From NCBI RefSeq assembly GCF_964204645.1, contig NC_134027.1:7162485-7226484 (forward strand): a DNA stretch of 64,000 nt, in the 5' to 3' direction. Source of the stretch: Tubulanus polymorphus. Its lineage: Eukaryota > Animalia > Nemertea. The notes below the pieces were generated by a model. That model searched no databases and was not told the DNA's origin. It saw only the letters and a program-made list of their open reading frames with translations. The translations under genes and the position numbers were made by a program. Positions 13,706-27,700 of the stretch are shown here, piece after piece (the first letter of the stretch is position 1; each line of letters starts with the position of its first letter).

Positions 13706-15109
13706 CCGCCTGCGTCTTTATTGTTACATAATCTTACGTCTTATTTTTAGTTTTATACTTTGCATAATAAAATGCATATTTCATAATCAGTGACTTAGAT
13801 TCTCTTGTTTGTAATTACTTAGTTCCTTTGTTGGTTGACAATAAAAAGGCGGTTACTCCATTCATAAGAAATTCTCCAAACCAAACATGATCCACCAGAG
13901 ATTAAAGGACGACAGCCTTGACTTGCTAAGTACGAAAGCAACAAATAGTTCATAATAATGCAAAGCTCTGCTCAAATAAAACAAGCATCAAAAATAGGTT
14001 TCTTTAATACAAATGTATTTTGTAGAAAAATTACTTTACAGTAAGTACACCGTGTGACATGACTGACAAAGGGTGAATACCAACCGACCAATAAAGATCG
14101 GAGACAGTCTAAAAATCACACGCAATCAGTGTCAAATATATACTCATCAAAAAACATATGCACAAATTTACAGCGACTATGGTTGCAACGGAAGTCCCGT
14201 CATCCAAGGAATAAGAACTCAATGACTGGTTCTATGCGAAATGGAAAGATATGACTTATTCTGAAATGCGATAAGAGTTTCAAGTCTTTACAGTGTGAGG
14301 ATGGACAAAAATCAATCTCCAAAGGAATTTGACAAAAACTTCAGTTGCAACCGTTTGTGTACAGATAAGTGCGGTTTACCAATGATAATAGCTATGTATA
14401 CAAAGGACCGTAAAAATGTTGTTTTCGTAACACGCATGTTGTGTACCAGCATCATTGGGAATGTACAGCGTAAAAACCTACCATCGAATAAATAGTAAAA
14501 CAATACATTTTCAGTTCACAAACGTATGACATACAAGTACATATGGTATGCGCAAGAAACATATCTTTCACCACTAGTCGGTCCGAGCACACAACAAATC
14601 TGTGACGTGTGAACTATGAAATCGACCAAAATGTACATAATCAACGAAACTACACTTATGTTATTTTGTATCGACATTAATCAAAATGTCAAAATGCATT
14701 TCCAGCAGGGTTCATTTATTTGATAATTTACAATGCGTTGATCAGAGAATCCGGACTATGATCGCACCATTTCTCTCAATATTTGAATTCTGTTGAAAAC
14801 AGACAAAATTTTGACGAAAACGATCACAAATTTACCACCACAATCAGCAGATGAAATGAATGACGTGCAACCTCTTTTTAAATAACGATGATTTCCGATG
14901 AAATTCTAAAAATATGCTTTCGTTTGAATAACATGCGCAAAATGAATGACGATGGGAAAATATCCATAAATGATTTGTTCAATTAATAAATTTCACATAT
15001 GCACAGCGAATTCTTTCGTTTGTCTATGCTGGTATAAATTTCTGGAACAATCTGTGAAATCTTCCATTCGCTGATATTATTGACCTGTCGGGATGTTTGT
15101 CGGTGAACC

Positions 15110-17325
15110 TTATTCCTTATCACCATCGGCAGCTTCATCTACTTCTTCTGGAAAATTAAAACACTTATATTGAACAATTGCTGGGAAGGACTGCTATTAA
15201 TGTTAACAAGAAAAATAAAACCTGAAACAAATCTTTGCAATATTTCTGTATTAGCATTCAGGAATTTCATTATGTATTGTCTTACGCCTCAGAAAATTGC
15301 AGGGAAAATCCACATTTATCACGATATAAAAATCATCAATTATAACAAACATATCATCCGGCTGGCTGTAACAAGGTTCAACTGTAATATGTAGGGTAGT
15401 ATATACAGGCAGCTTGAATGCTAATAGGTTAATAACTTCTCCGGAAGCAGTTTGTTAAAAATCTATAAATTAGTTTTTTATAATACATGAATGATAATTA
15501 CCCGGTTCATCATCATCATCTTCATCTTCTCCCTCTAACACCTCATCTTCATCAACTAAAATACAACAACACCAGTACATCCCCATTAGCTGAGTTGACG
15601 AAATCGCTTTAAGAAATGGAAATTATCTCTAAAGAATGCAGAGGCACAATCAACTCAAAAACTTACCATCTTCATCATCATCGTCATCTTCATCATCTTC
15701 ACCTACAACAACTACCGATTCATCGACATCGTCATCTTCATCATCGCTACAACAATCATATTCGCTATTAGCAAACATCAACAATGATGCCAATTGAACC
15801 AATTATTCCAATGATATATTTCCATGTAAATTCTTCTTTTGAGTTATTTGCTCTCAGATGCCACCTCACACTTTTGGTTAGGATGGAAATAAATATCCAA
15901 GTCAGATTTCTATAAATATATATGCCAGCTGCTTACCTATCTACTCCATTTTCTTCTACCTCGATATCTGGAGCTAGGAAGTACTGTAAAGGGTTAGGCC
16001 ACATGTCATCTTTAATCACCTGTAAAGAAAACATAAGCAATACTGATGAATTATGTCAGTCAAAAAGACCCAAACCAAGCAGGTGCTACTACTGAACTTA
16101 CTTCAGCAATATCATCAACAGATGGATCCGAGTTGTCTAAATACCACACGAAGAATGACCGACTTGAACCATATTTTCGTTTTCGACCAGCGGCATCATT
16201 CACTGCTTTCTTCGTCAAGTCCATGCCCTGTTTCCATTTAATAGGAGATGACTGCGATGCTGGATCTCCTAAACACAAAAATTCAATAGATATCAATTTA
16301 AAAGTATTTCTAACTTTAGGCAACTATGCATGATCGCTTAAATGCTATTAGAATTCAAAAGGTAAAAATAGCTATTGAAAATACTGATTTCAAATCTTTA
16401 CCTGACGTGGCCAGATGGAATTCTTTGCACAACACCTCATTTTCGAAGAACAGATTCTGAGCGAAGTGAAATTTTATCCTATATCCTGACTTTATATCTT
16501 CAAATTCTTCTACTTCTACCTGAAATGAGAAACATTCGGTTGATTATATGCAAGGTATGCCTTCAAAAGATTAAGCAAAATATCCCCAAAATATATCCCA
16601 GAAAAAAATACTTTGGTTTAGTTGTAATACTAATACAGACCTTATTTAAGTAATGGAGACATTCTTCCTCTTCCTCATCTAAGATTGCTGAAATCTGTGG
16701 ATGGTTTACAAACTGAAAACTACTGTTAAAGCGAATTACTTCTCTACGTGAAAAATTTATTTCAATTATAATGTCAAATTCATATTTGATAGGGCTTATT
16801 TCATGTTATGCCGTTATTGGATTTTCAATCTAAGTTTCTAAAGTCTTATAATAAAACAGAATAGACTAAGACTAAGAGGGATATTGTAAGTTCAAAGACG
16901 CTACTTTTCAACTTCTTTCTAATATCAAGTGTGTGAATTTATTAATTGGTAATATTTAGATAGCAATTGATAGATGTTCTAAAAGCAAGCAAGTTTTTAT
17001 GCTTTTTCAGGAAAATCTGCCAAATCAATTCAATTAAAATTTCGTACTTATAAAAGGATACAGCAGTGACCCAAAAATTCGGTATCTTTTGTATGAGTTC
17101 GTTGCGTTTGTCAAAATGCGGTTTTCTCAGTTTGTTATATTTCTGCTCGACGGTCAATATTTCTTCACTGGCTTTCTCGTTCAGAGCGTCGATTTCGTTC
17201 TGACACGAGTCGATATCTTCGAGGGCTTTCTGAGTTTCGGCGTCGTAATCTCGGCTGTCGTCGAGATCTTCTGCCTTTCGCATCTTTTTCGTCGGCGTTC
17301 CCGCAGAGTCTGTTGTTGTGGCCAT
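15110..17325 (-). CDS. SET: SET/TAF-I (NAP-family histone chaperone, I2PP2A); 8 coding exons with acidic tail
   Basis: [34 protein letters not shown]...IPNFWVTA|FVNHPQIS...[15 protein letters not shown]...[15 protein letters not shown], then D/E-rich exons ending [12 protein letters not shown]. Confidence 0.96.
16713..17061 (-). other. U12-type (minor spliceosome) GT-AG intron, SET intron 1
   Basis: Donor GTATCCTTTT. Branch-like TTCGCTTTAAC ends ~12 nt before the acceptor ttttcag, with no long pyrimidine tract. Confidence 0.85.
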
Positions 17326-17952
17326 TTTTATATTGTCGATGCCGTCAATAAAAAAGAGATACTTGCCTTAAAATGTTCGTTAGCTGGCTGCTACTTATCA
17401 AAAATGAACAAATCACCCGGGGATATCGTGAACAAGATGGTGAGCGCGAAAGAAAGCGATCAGCATCCAAAGCCGGCCTACTCGATGTAACGAATTTTCT
17501 CATTGGTCGATTCCACTTTCGCCAAGCTAGCGACTATATAACGGGTCATCTGATTGGACGATTATGAACATGTGTTTTTATTTTTATCTCAATCATTCAT
17601 TGTGAATTTGATTTTTTTTCTGATCATACTATTCATGTCTGTATTCTATCGTTGTATCATGTACTTAATTAGGAAATATCCAGTTGGTTGAACAAAATAA
17701 TCAATAAACACTGACTTTACGTTGAATTGCTTTTTGAAAGGAAAAATTAAATTAAAGAAAATTTTATTGGTCACAAAGTTAAATGTGAGGCACCAAATAT
17801 TAAATTGAATATCAGTTAGATTGCAACATTAAAGCTTTATTTGGAAAATAGATAAGTATTGTCAGCGACATTGACAAAAACAGCTAATAATAAAACGCCC
17901 AATCAGAATCGGCGTTACATCGGTGAAAATTCAACATCCGGGAGATTTAACA
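17326..17952. promoter_or_regulatory. Bidirectional promoter region SET/RSBN1
   Basis: Head-to-head ATGs. CCAAT/ATTGG at 17502, 17553, 17766 and 17899. YY1-like AAGATGG/AAAATGGC near the SET start. Confidence 0.65.
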
Positions 17953-20900
17953 ATGATGGCTGACTCAAACGCGGAAACGTCGTGTTCTACACGAGAAATC
18001 AGCGAAAATAACCACGATTCACTTTCGAAACAACCGGAAAATGACGCGGAAACAAATGTCAAAGATGCGGTTATCGACAGCGCGACAAATTCGGTTGCTG
18101 TCACATCGGTGAATCCGAAGCGGGATCTAAACAGTTTTCGAAATTTACCAGGTTTGCAAGCGCGACTCGCTCGACAGAATCGCCACAGTGTCAATAATCA
18201 ATCAACGGCGCTAGACGACGACGACGATGACGTCGTTTCGAAGGGTGATGATGGATTAGTCCCGCTTACGATGCCATCTGAGCATACGTTAGATCCGAGT
18301 ATCAGTCCGGAGTCGGCCGGTAAACGACGCCGAATTTTACACGATTATCGTCGACTGTCAAGTTCGGGTTATTTGGACGACTACGAAGCCAGTCACTGCG
18401 AACGCTTCAGCAGCAGTACTAACAATGAATCTGACGTGAAACACGCACTTGGTGGTGTAACTATTACATCTACATCGACAACAACAGTTTCAGCAACGGT
18501 TGTTGTTGCTGCGACAACACCAACTCAACAACACCAAAGTTCTATCAATAACAACAATAATCCATCACTGTCGAAAATGAATCCTGTGAAAATTAAGTTA
18601 CCGATGAAAGAAAATGAGCCTGATACTGCTAATGGCGAACCACCAAAGAAAGTTATTAAATGTAAGTAGCCTTTTTCAATTGTCCTGTACGTTTGTATTA
18701 TAACTTTCATTTAGGCCCTACATGAGTGAAAAATCCCACAATAATTCAGCCAAAGATGCCAATAGTAAAGGAGTATCCAAGAGTTCCAATAGTAAAAGAG
18801 TATAATTAAGCAACTTGTCGGCTATTAGCCATCATCAAAAACGTTGCTTAAATATACTCTTTTACTATTGAACTTTGTATCTTAGGCTGAATTATTGTGG
18901 GATTCCTCTTGTATTCATCTTATACGGATATCATTTTGATTTATGACCCTCGTGTTTTCATTACAGTGAATGCAGTTAAACCTACAGAAACAAGACATAA
19001 GGAGAATGGAAATAAAGATCACAAATCTCATAAACATAAACATCACCATCATCACAAAGACAAAGAGAAGCCAAAACCAAAAATCAAAGATGATACATCT
19101 AGTGGTAATAGTGCGAAGAAGTCATCAACTACACATAAATCGAGTAGTGTTAGCCAATCAGTTACTGCAAGTTCGAAAAAGATCTCTCCAGTAGTCCCTA
19201 ACTTAAAGAAAGAACTTAAGCCAAAGGAGAGTACCAGTAATGCGGGTAAAGCTACGAATTCGACATCGGAAAAATGCAAAAGTGAACCGTCCACGCAGGA
19301 AAAACATTCAGTTTCGTCGAAAGTTGCATCGGATTCGAAAAAACTTCCTGGATCTAGTGAGAAATCGCATAAAACTAATTTGAAAAGTACTCCACCAGGT
19401 TCTAGTACTAAATCGTCAAGTTCGAAGACAAAAACCGTCGCTCATCACCACCATCACCATCATAGTGATGCGCAAAAACTTGTGAAATCAGACTCTCACA
19501 GTGTTTGTAAAGATAAAGGCAATGAAAAAACTAATAGGGATAAATCATTAGAACATAGTCAGACACCGTATAAAAAGTCGAGTAGTGCGACAAGCAGTAA
19601 AACTACGCCTTCACAATCGAGCAGTAAGAATTCCTCAGAGCACAGAAGCAGCTCCTCTTCATCATCAGCATCGAAAGACAATAAGCATAGGTCACACCGA
19701 AGTAGTTCTCACCATTCGGATAAAATATCATCGAGTGTGAAAAAAGATGGCAGCAGTAGTAGTAGTAGCAGCAGGGATAAAGATAGATCTCGTTCGTCTA
19801 GTAGTAAAAAGAGACGCAATATGGGCACACAAACCGATAGTACACGTCTAAGATCTCCTGCGGTCGCTGAACGTGTAAGCGTTTTTGAAAAGTTCCGTAT
19901 CGGTAGTTCATCGACCAATGGCACTTTTGCCGACGGAAAAAATGCTGTACGCAAGTTAGAATTCTCCCCGAATGTGAAATCGGAGGAAGGCGCTAACGAG
20001 TGTGCAAGTGCGTCTGCAAAAAATCTTGTATCACCGAAGAATCTTGAAATATCACCAAAGAAATGCTATCAGTTTGATAATATCGAAGCGTTTAATGTAT
20101 CACTGATAAATGGTGTATTGCCGAAAGAACTCAGTATATCAAGTAACCGAAAATACAAGGATCTCATGCACGTTGAGTTCAGCATTAATGGAGGCGCTTC
20201 TTTGGTTCATTCGTATCAACATGAACTGGTCAAGTTGAGTCCTTCTGAAATGGATGAATTTGTTGTTGAATATTTCGATGAAGTTTACGGTGAGATTTCT
20301 CCCGGCGTTACGAAACACGTTATGGGTATCGTTCACGGAGCAGCCTCTTACCTGCCTGATCTTGTTGACTATTTTTCTGAAAATCATCCGAATATGATCG
20401 TTAAAGCCGGAATTCTCGGCAAGTCGGATATAGAAACAATGACGATGTTGAAATATCGTGAGAACATGGTGAAATCGTTTGATTACGGGACATTCCGATT
20501 TGGCCCATTGCTTCAGATAAGTATCGTTGGAACCGTTCATGAAGAAGTTGGTGACTATTTCCCCGAATTTTTAATGGAATTGGAGCGAAATCCATTTTTG
20601 AAAGCGTCGCTACCCTGGGGTTACTTATCAAAATTGTCGGGTATGGCGCCGGATGAAAGCAATGATGGCCCAATTCTGTGGACACGACCCGGTGAGCAAA
20701 TGGTTCCGACTGCTGACATGCCAAAATCTCCTTTCAAACGAAAAAGGTATGTTTTTTCATTGTGTTTGAATAAAACACTTCATAAACAATTTGAGATTTA
20801 AAATATTCAAACTATGAAGTCTCAAGGATCATAATGAAATTATCAAAGTGAAATAGCATTGATAAGGTTTTTTTATATAATGAATAATGCGTGTGAAACT

Positions 20901-22201
20901 CATTAATAATGCCTATGTTTTCATCTTCGATATCGCAGAGGTGTGAATGAGTTACGAAATCTGCACTACCTGCCGAGAGCTTCGGGACCGAGAGAGACTC
21001 TTGTAGAAGATCGAACTAGAGCGCATGCTGATCATGTTGGCCAAGGGTTTGATCGACATACAACTGCCGCAGTTGGATTGCTCAAAGCGATCCATGCAGG
21101 AGCTCCGTACGTATTATTTGTAAATTCTAATAAAATGATAACACTTTATTTCATGAGATTTAGACAAAGCTTTAACCTAAATCTCACAATGAAGGCTATT
21201 TACGTTATAGGCATTTCCCTGGACGAATTGTCAAAGATGTCGTAGCATTTAACGCAGCTGATTTTCTCAAAGTGGTTGATAAGTTACAACTTGATCTCCA
21301 CGAGCCACCGGTCTCTCAGGTATAGTTCAACTGCGTTGCTATTGCTATAAATGCTTGTATGAAGTGAATCGATTGTTGATCAGAATTTTACGTTTTGTAG
21401 TGTATAGCCTGGTTGGATGACGCAAAATTGAATCAACTCAGACGCGAAGGCATACGTTACGCTCGGATTAAACTATACGATGATGATATTTATTTCATAC
21501 CGAGGAATATCGTTCACCAGTTCAAAACCGTCTCTGCTGTCAGTAGTGTCGCTTGGCATATACGCCTGAAAAACTATTACGATCACGATTTAGTAGTGTC
21601 TAACTCTGTGGAATCGATGCACAAGCCGTCGTCTGTAAGCGAAGAAAGACATTCGGCTGAAGACAAAATTCACACAGCGGTTTCCTCTCCTGGAAAGGCT
21701 GAAAACTCAGAAAAGAAGCCGAAAAAGGCAGCACCTGAAAATAGCGGCATTAAAGTCACTGTGAAATCGAAACATGACTCAAAAGATTCTGATTCGAGTC
21801 GGACTTTACACGGGAAAGAGTACGGAAATAAAATTGAGAAAAGTATTTCCGCGGAAAAATGTTCTTCGAGTAAAGACGATAAAACGTCGATAAAATTACA
21901 GATTAAAGACTCGAAAACTGTTGGCGTACAACATTCTCACTCGAAACCACCGTACAAAGCAGTTACTGTCACATCAAACCTGCCGGTGAAACCCCTAGCG
22001 CAAATTCCGATTAGAATATCGCCGATAAAAATCGAACCACAGCCCGTCGTGGGGAAATCGGAACTTACAAAGCCACCTGTAATAGTTACTGAAAAATCAA
22101 CAGCTGTTCTGTCATCAAATGTGAAACCCGATCCTGACAGTAAAACTCAGGAGGACATGACAGTCGATATTTGGGAGGATAGTAGCCGTAATATACAATA
22201 A
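17953..22201 (+). CDS. RSBN1: Round spermatid basic protein 1-like (RSBN1/RSBN1L, DPY-21-related histone demethylase); exons ~17953-18661, 18967-20746, 20939-21106, 21211-21319, 21401-22201
   Basis: Basic Ser/Lys/His-rich N-terminal half, then [102 protein letters not shown]. Confidence 0.93.
18731..18921. mobile_element. Degenerate palindromic repeat, same family as 38204-38455 (Penelope-like terminal repeat derivative), in RSBN1 intron 1
   Basis: Inverted arms aatcccacaataattcagcc...caatagtaaaagagtat / atactcttttactattg...ggctgaattattgtgggatt. Shares ctattagccatcatca and aaacgttgc with the 38.3-kb copy. Confidence 0.7.
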
Positions 22202-24737
22202 CCGATTTTCGTCGCTGTTAAAACTAACTTCGGTGAGTTTTGAAAGCTTCGATTATATAGATCTGCATACGGTTGAGATAAACTTTGCATGATCAAAATG
22301 AAAGTCATATGTTGGAAACCGTTGTTAAAAATGTACATATTATTAAGTTGAAAGATTAGCCATTCTTTCTTTCTGAATGGATTTGTTGTGCTATATTTAT
22401 TATTGTCTTATTTAAGCATTTTTTCGAAGACTTGATGTGTTTATATTTGTAATATAGATATCTGTATATATAGAATCTATTTTCAAAAGCAATTATTACA
22501 TTTGATGTTAACATTTCCATTTGTCCGGGAAAAAATCCAATCCAATCAATAATTTGTTAATGTTTTGGTTATGATTATAAGAAAGTGTGTGAAATATCAA
22601 TTATACGTGAATACTTTTTTCAGGGACATTCAACTTTGAATTACTGCTACCGTTAGTAAAATTAAGCCATATACATCTGGGCACGGTTTCATATACTGAG
22701 TATCAAAGTTATCCCTAGGGGTAACTCCTTAATCTGCGTAACAATAAGAAACCATCGTTATAATTGACAAATTTCAAGATGTTCCCTCAGGGACTATTTT
22801 GCTTCCACATCTATGAAACCCAGCCCTGGTAGACAAACCAAAATCTGACAACTGACTTATATACTGGGAGTGACGGCCAGAAAAAAAACTATTGAATTTT
22901 ATTACACATTGGTTGAAATATTTAGAGAATGATAGTGTTTTTTCCTTGTAATAGTAGAATTGTTGGCTTTTTCTAGAAGGGGCTCAAAAAACTGAATAGA
23001 GATGCTGCTAGTTTCTACTATGTGTGTATATGGCTTAAAAAAGAAATGTTAGATTTGTTGTTGTTAGTGTAAGCTACAAGCTTGTAGATAAATTTCCTCG
23101 TATTAGAATTACCTTTTAAATTCAGTACCGTGTTATTGTCAACTATGCATCTTCTAACTAGATCGCCGTATCATTGAATTTTTAAGTAGATTGTCTGACA
23201 GAATCAAGTGAATCATAGGTCATTTTATCAGAGAACCTATTTCAACTTAGAAAGGCGGTTTGAAAGTACAAATTTTACTGAAGAATTGAATATCATTGGT
23301 CTCTGCAATTTTAGTTTGATTGTATATGTACTTTTATTTCTATTTATTATAAGCATTTGTGTACTAATTGAATATGGCGTAACGACTCAGGCCAGTTTTG
23401 AAATTTAGTCAAATTAGACTGGAATCTCCTTAAGTGTACAAATTGTTGTGTTACTGTATTTCATCCTTATTATACAAGCCACGAAAAGTAACTGCTGTTG
23501 TGTTGTTTATCATTTTGGTCCCTAAAAAGTACATTTATTTTGAAACTCGTAAGTGTAACTTGGCTTCTTGCACTTGTCAAGGCTGTAACACCAATATAAT
23601 TTTTTACGGTATTTTCATCACCAAAATTTCGTTTGGTATTTGAATATTCTTTGAATACATCATAATTGGATTTAGTTGCCTGCATCATTCAAAGATGTTA
23701 TATTAATAGTTCAGTAAATGTGTAACCCATATCATTGATGACATTAGAAGTTCTACGTACGTCCTAAATGATTTTGTACTTCCAGCTATTTCCCTTGTCC
23801 TTGACCAGTGTGTTGATGTTACATATGCTTGGGCTCAGTAGACGTTATTCATCAAATATATCGTTAATGCTCATTTATTCAAATAAATGTTATATTTACA
23901 ACAAAATAGTACACGCCTATATATAGTTACTGATTATGTCTAACACTAAAGTGTATACATACCGGTATATGTATGGAAACTTAAAAGATTTACAATAAAA
24001 TTATCTTGCAGTAAACTTTTAGGTTGTTGATTATTTTTCTTCAATGGAGTGATGCAGTTGAACCTAATGCTGGATAGTGATAATACAGCTGAATGCCACG
24101 CTGGACCCAATTCTACAAGTTAAAAGAATCCTACAGATCAAATTTCAATAGAGTTACAACAGTGAAACTGGGATCTTATGTATTCTAACCTTGGACATTG
24201 ATTGGAAAAGAATGAGTGACGAAAAGATTCTTTCTAGTATAGGTACAAATCAGTTTATTCTATACTACATATGTAACAACAGAATATGATATACATAAAA
24301 AAGCATAGTTCGTGTAACACATATCTTGTTAACATTACCATGTATTTATCAATTGCATTTCAAAAATATATATTCTGTTAGGAGAAGTAATAACATATCA
24401 CTTAAAAAACTTAATAATAGAACTGAAATGGATAGATTCACCATTCATAAAATGTATCACAGTAAACATTACATATTGTTTGCAATAAATTTCACAAAAA
24501 TGTATTCAAAGAATCACAAAAACCTAAAAATAAGTAGATGAGAATGATAATGTGTTTAGAAATTAATTTGGCAAGAATAGATTATCACAGAAGAATGGGA
24601 CAGACACATACTACAATATTCCGGTACAAAAAATGATAAAATGCTGTTTACTAATGAACGTAACTAATATTGATTTTGATTCATTGAAGTCTAGAGACGT
24701 TTGATTATGAGTGAATACTGGTTGGTATGATGCCAAA

Positions 24738-27700
24738 TTAAAGTTTGACAGCTTTCTTCGTAGCAGTTCCCAACTCAACTGTTCTCGCACGTTGACCAAA
24801 ATTCAAGCTACATAAAGTTTCATTGACGTTCTTTTCAACCGGGGCAATTTGAACGATCATCAGAGTTTTACTTTCTCCCCCTAGAAGGTATAATCAAATC
24901 AAAATTGGTGTATGATATTATTTCCCATTGTTCCATAAAGTAAATCTTACAATAGATTTACCCCGCTGAAAGAGAAGACTTTACCTAATGAATCCTGTAG
25001 AAGGTACGTCAGTTTTGAGTTTCTATAAGGAATGTGAGATTGTTTATTCTTCAGGGCATGGATCACATCGCCGAGACTGGAGAGACTTTTATTGATATTT
25101 TGGGCTTCTTTTAGACGGGCACCATCTGCTCCCGACTTCGATACTCTTTCACTACCAGCTAAATCGACCAAATTCAGTTTCCCTAAAAACAAAACAGCAA
25201 TGTGCAATGAAACTCATCCTTTCCTTACAAGTATTATTTGGATAAAAAATACCAGTATACAATTTACCTAATGTCCGGACACCAGTGGTTTTGTTAGTAC
25301 CAAGAACGTTTATAGTTAACAATGCATGAGACCTCGATGAATGTTCATTCATGTTTGTACTGGCTGTAACTCTATTCATACGACCAACAGTAAATGTCTG
25401 AATTGAATAGAATTCTCGGTGTTATCACAAAAATATTTTACCAATAGAAAACCGGCAAGACCTGTGACTGAGCTTTTTCCAGAGTTGAACAATCGTATTA
25501 GGAAGAAACGTACCTTGTTCACTTCAGAAACATTGCTAACTTCTATACTTGTTAATCCTGGTACGTACAATGAGCTATCCTGGTTCATTTTTACATCCAG
25601 TTTACGAAGGGGGTCATTACTAAGCAAATCTCTGTAAACATGATATGAGAATATGCTCCTAATACAGGCACTTATCTTTGTGGATAAAATAGTCATATTT
25701 GAAGAGGGTATGTTTCTCCAGATTCTATAAATTACCTGATCATTTCATTATAGATTTCCATAACACTGACATTGATGCTGTAAACCCAGTCAGTTGATCG
25801 TTCTTCCATTTCATTGAACAACTCAATCAATGCCCTCTGGTTTATGCCAGGATCATCATTTGGACCCTGTTTGATTAAAACATATAGTATTTTGAAAAAG
25901 ATGATAGCTACAGTTGCAGAGGAATACATGAGAATTGATTTGGTTTTTTGAACATACCTCCATGGTATAGGTCTTGCCCGATCCAGTTTGTCCATAAGCA
26001 AATATACAAACATTGTAACCATCAATTGCGCTAATCACTAGAGGTTTCACTTCTTCAAATACCTAGGTGCATAGAAAATGTGGTATGAAAATATATCACA
26101 TGACCATATAATTTGTCAGTCAAGTCAAGTGGTCAGTCTTTGTAGTGTCCCATACCTCTGGTTGCGAACTCTTATCGGTGAACACTCTGTCCATTTCAAA
26201 CACCTGCCTTCGTCCTTTGAACTGAACGTTTAACAGAGCATTATCATCTTCGTCATAGCTCAAACAATTCGTCGCCATGATACCTCCACCATCTTCTCTT
26301 ATTTTGGGACGGACTCGCGTAAAAACTCTGATATTTCCTTCAGATAAAATATTTACAATCAATACAAGTACTGAAGTGTACATGTGCATGAGAAACTCAG
26401 CATATCTAGCTAAATACCTTTTAATTCGACGAGTTGGTTATGGTACTTCTTGCGAAGTGCCATCTCCTTACGATATTTTTGAACCAATTCTTTATTTTTG
26501 TCATCAACTCCTGATATAAGACGGGTGATCTATGTATGAATATATGAGAAAGAAAAATATACAATCAACATAAACTTAACCACATCAAACTCTGACCATC
26601 GAATAAAACCAACTATGGGCTAAAAACATACATGTTGACTGGTGTTCTTCACTGCTGCTGAGACAAATTTCGGTAGAGCTTGACAATCATCTTTTAATTT
26701 CTTCTGTTCCATGAGAATTTCTCTTATAATTGGGTAAAGACAGGTAACTTTTTCTCTCATGACCGCTAGGTTATTGTAAGCAAAAATCAACTTCTTTTCT
26801 GCTTGTTGCTTGATAGCTTGAACAGTTGCCTGCTTTTGAGCTTCAACTTTGTGGAATTGGCGCTGCAACTGGGCTTCAGCAGATATACATTGTTCTTCAG
26901 CCTCTGTAACCTATAGGAAATATCAACAATTACTACATATCTACCATACCTAAACGAACATGAATGTGCAGATCTTAGATTAACCTTTTACCTTCAACTC
27001 TAGCTCTTTACATCTATTGACAGCATTCACTAGCTGTGATTTACTGGATACACACGCTTCTTGCATGTTTCTCAAACGTTTATTCATTTCAATGATTTCT
27101 TTTCTCGCTTCTGACAGTGCTTGTTTATCTGCAGTAGATTCAACTTCCACTCTCTCGATCTTTGTTATCACCTATATGCAATACGTGCAAGTAAGAATGA
27201 CTGCGAAAAATTGACGATATTTCGAATGCTGATTCTGAAATGATTGAATAACACTAACCTCAGGTTTTCTAGATTGTAAAGTGGTTAATTCAGTCATCAT
27301 GCTGTTCAGATTCATAGCGATTGCTTTGTTCTCTTCCTGCAATTTCTGAACCTTGAATTGATGTTCAGACTCCAGGTGAGATATCTTCTTTGATTTCACT
27401 TGCAGTTCTTCATCAAGTTGATCAACACGCGATTTCAGATCTTCTTTTACATCCAGGAGATGCTGACAAACGAAAAATAGATAATTATTACTCGCACATA
27501 TTTTCAGGATAAGTCAAGCCTATTATGTTCATGATTTACAAATTATGTAGATCTTGTTTCATAGACTGAGTAGGGAGCATGAATGATTCCATCACCTAAT
27601 TCTAAATCTATATTAGGATACAATAAGAATAACATGCCATGAAATGTTCCCAATATCATCTAGTCTGAAACCAGGCCTACTACAATGTACCCTGTGGTAC

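Noticed and set aside
17089-20724. Antisense ORFs over SET and RSBN1 (e.g. two of 133 aa)
   Set aside because: Shadow ORFs of real coding exons.
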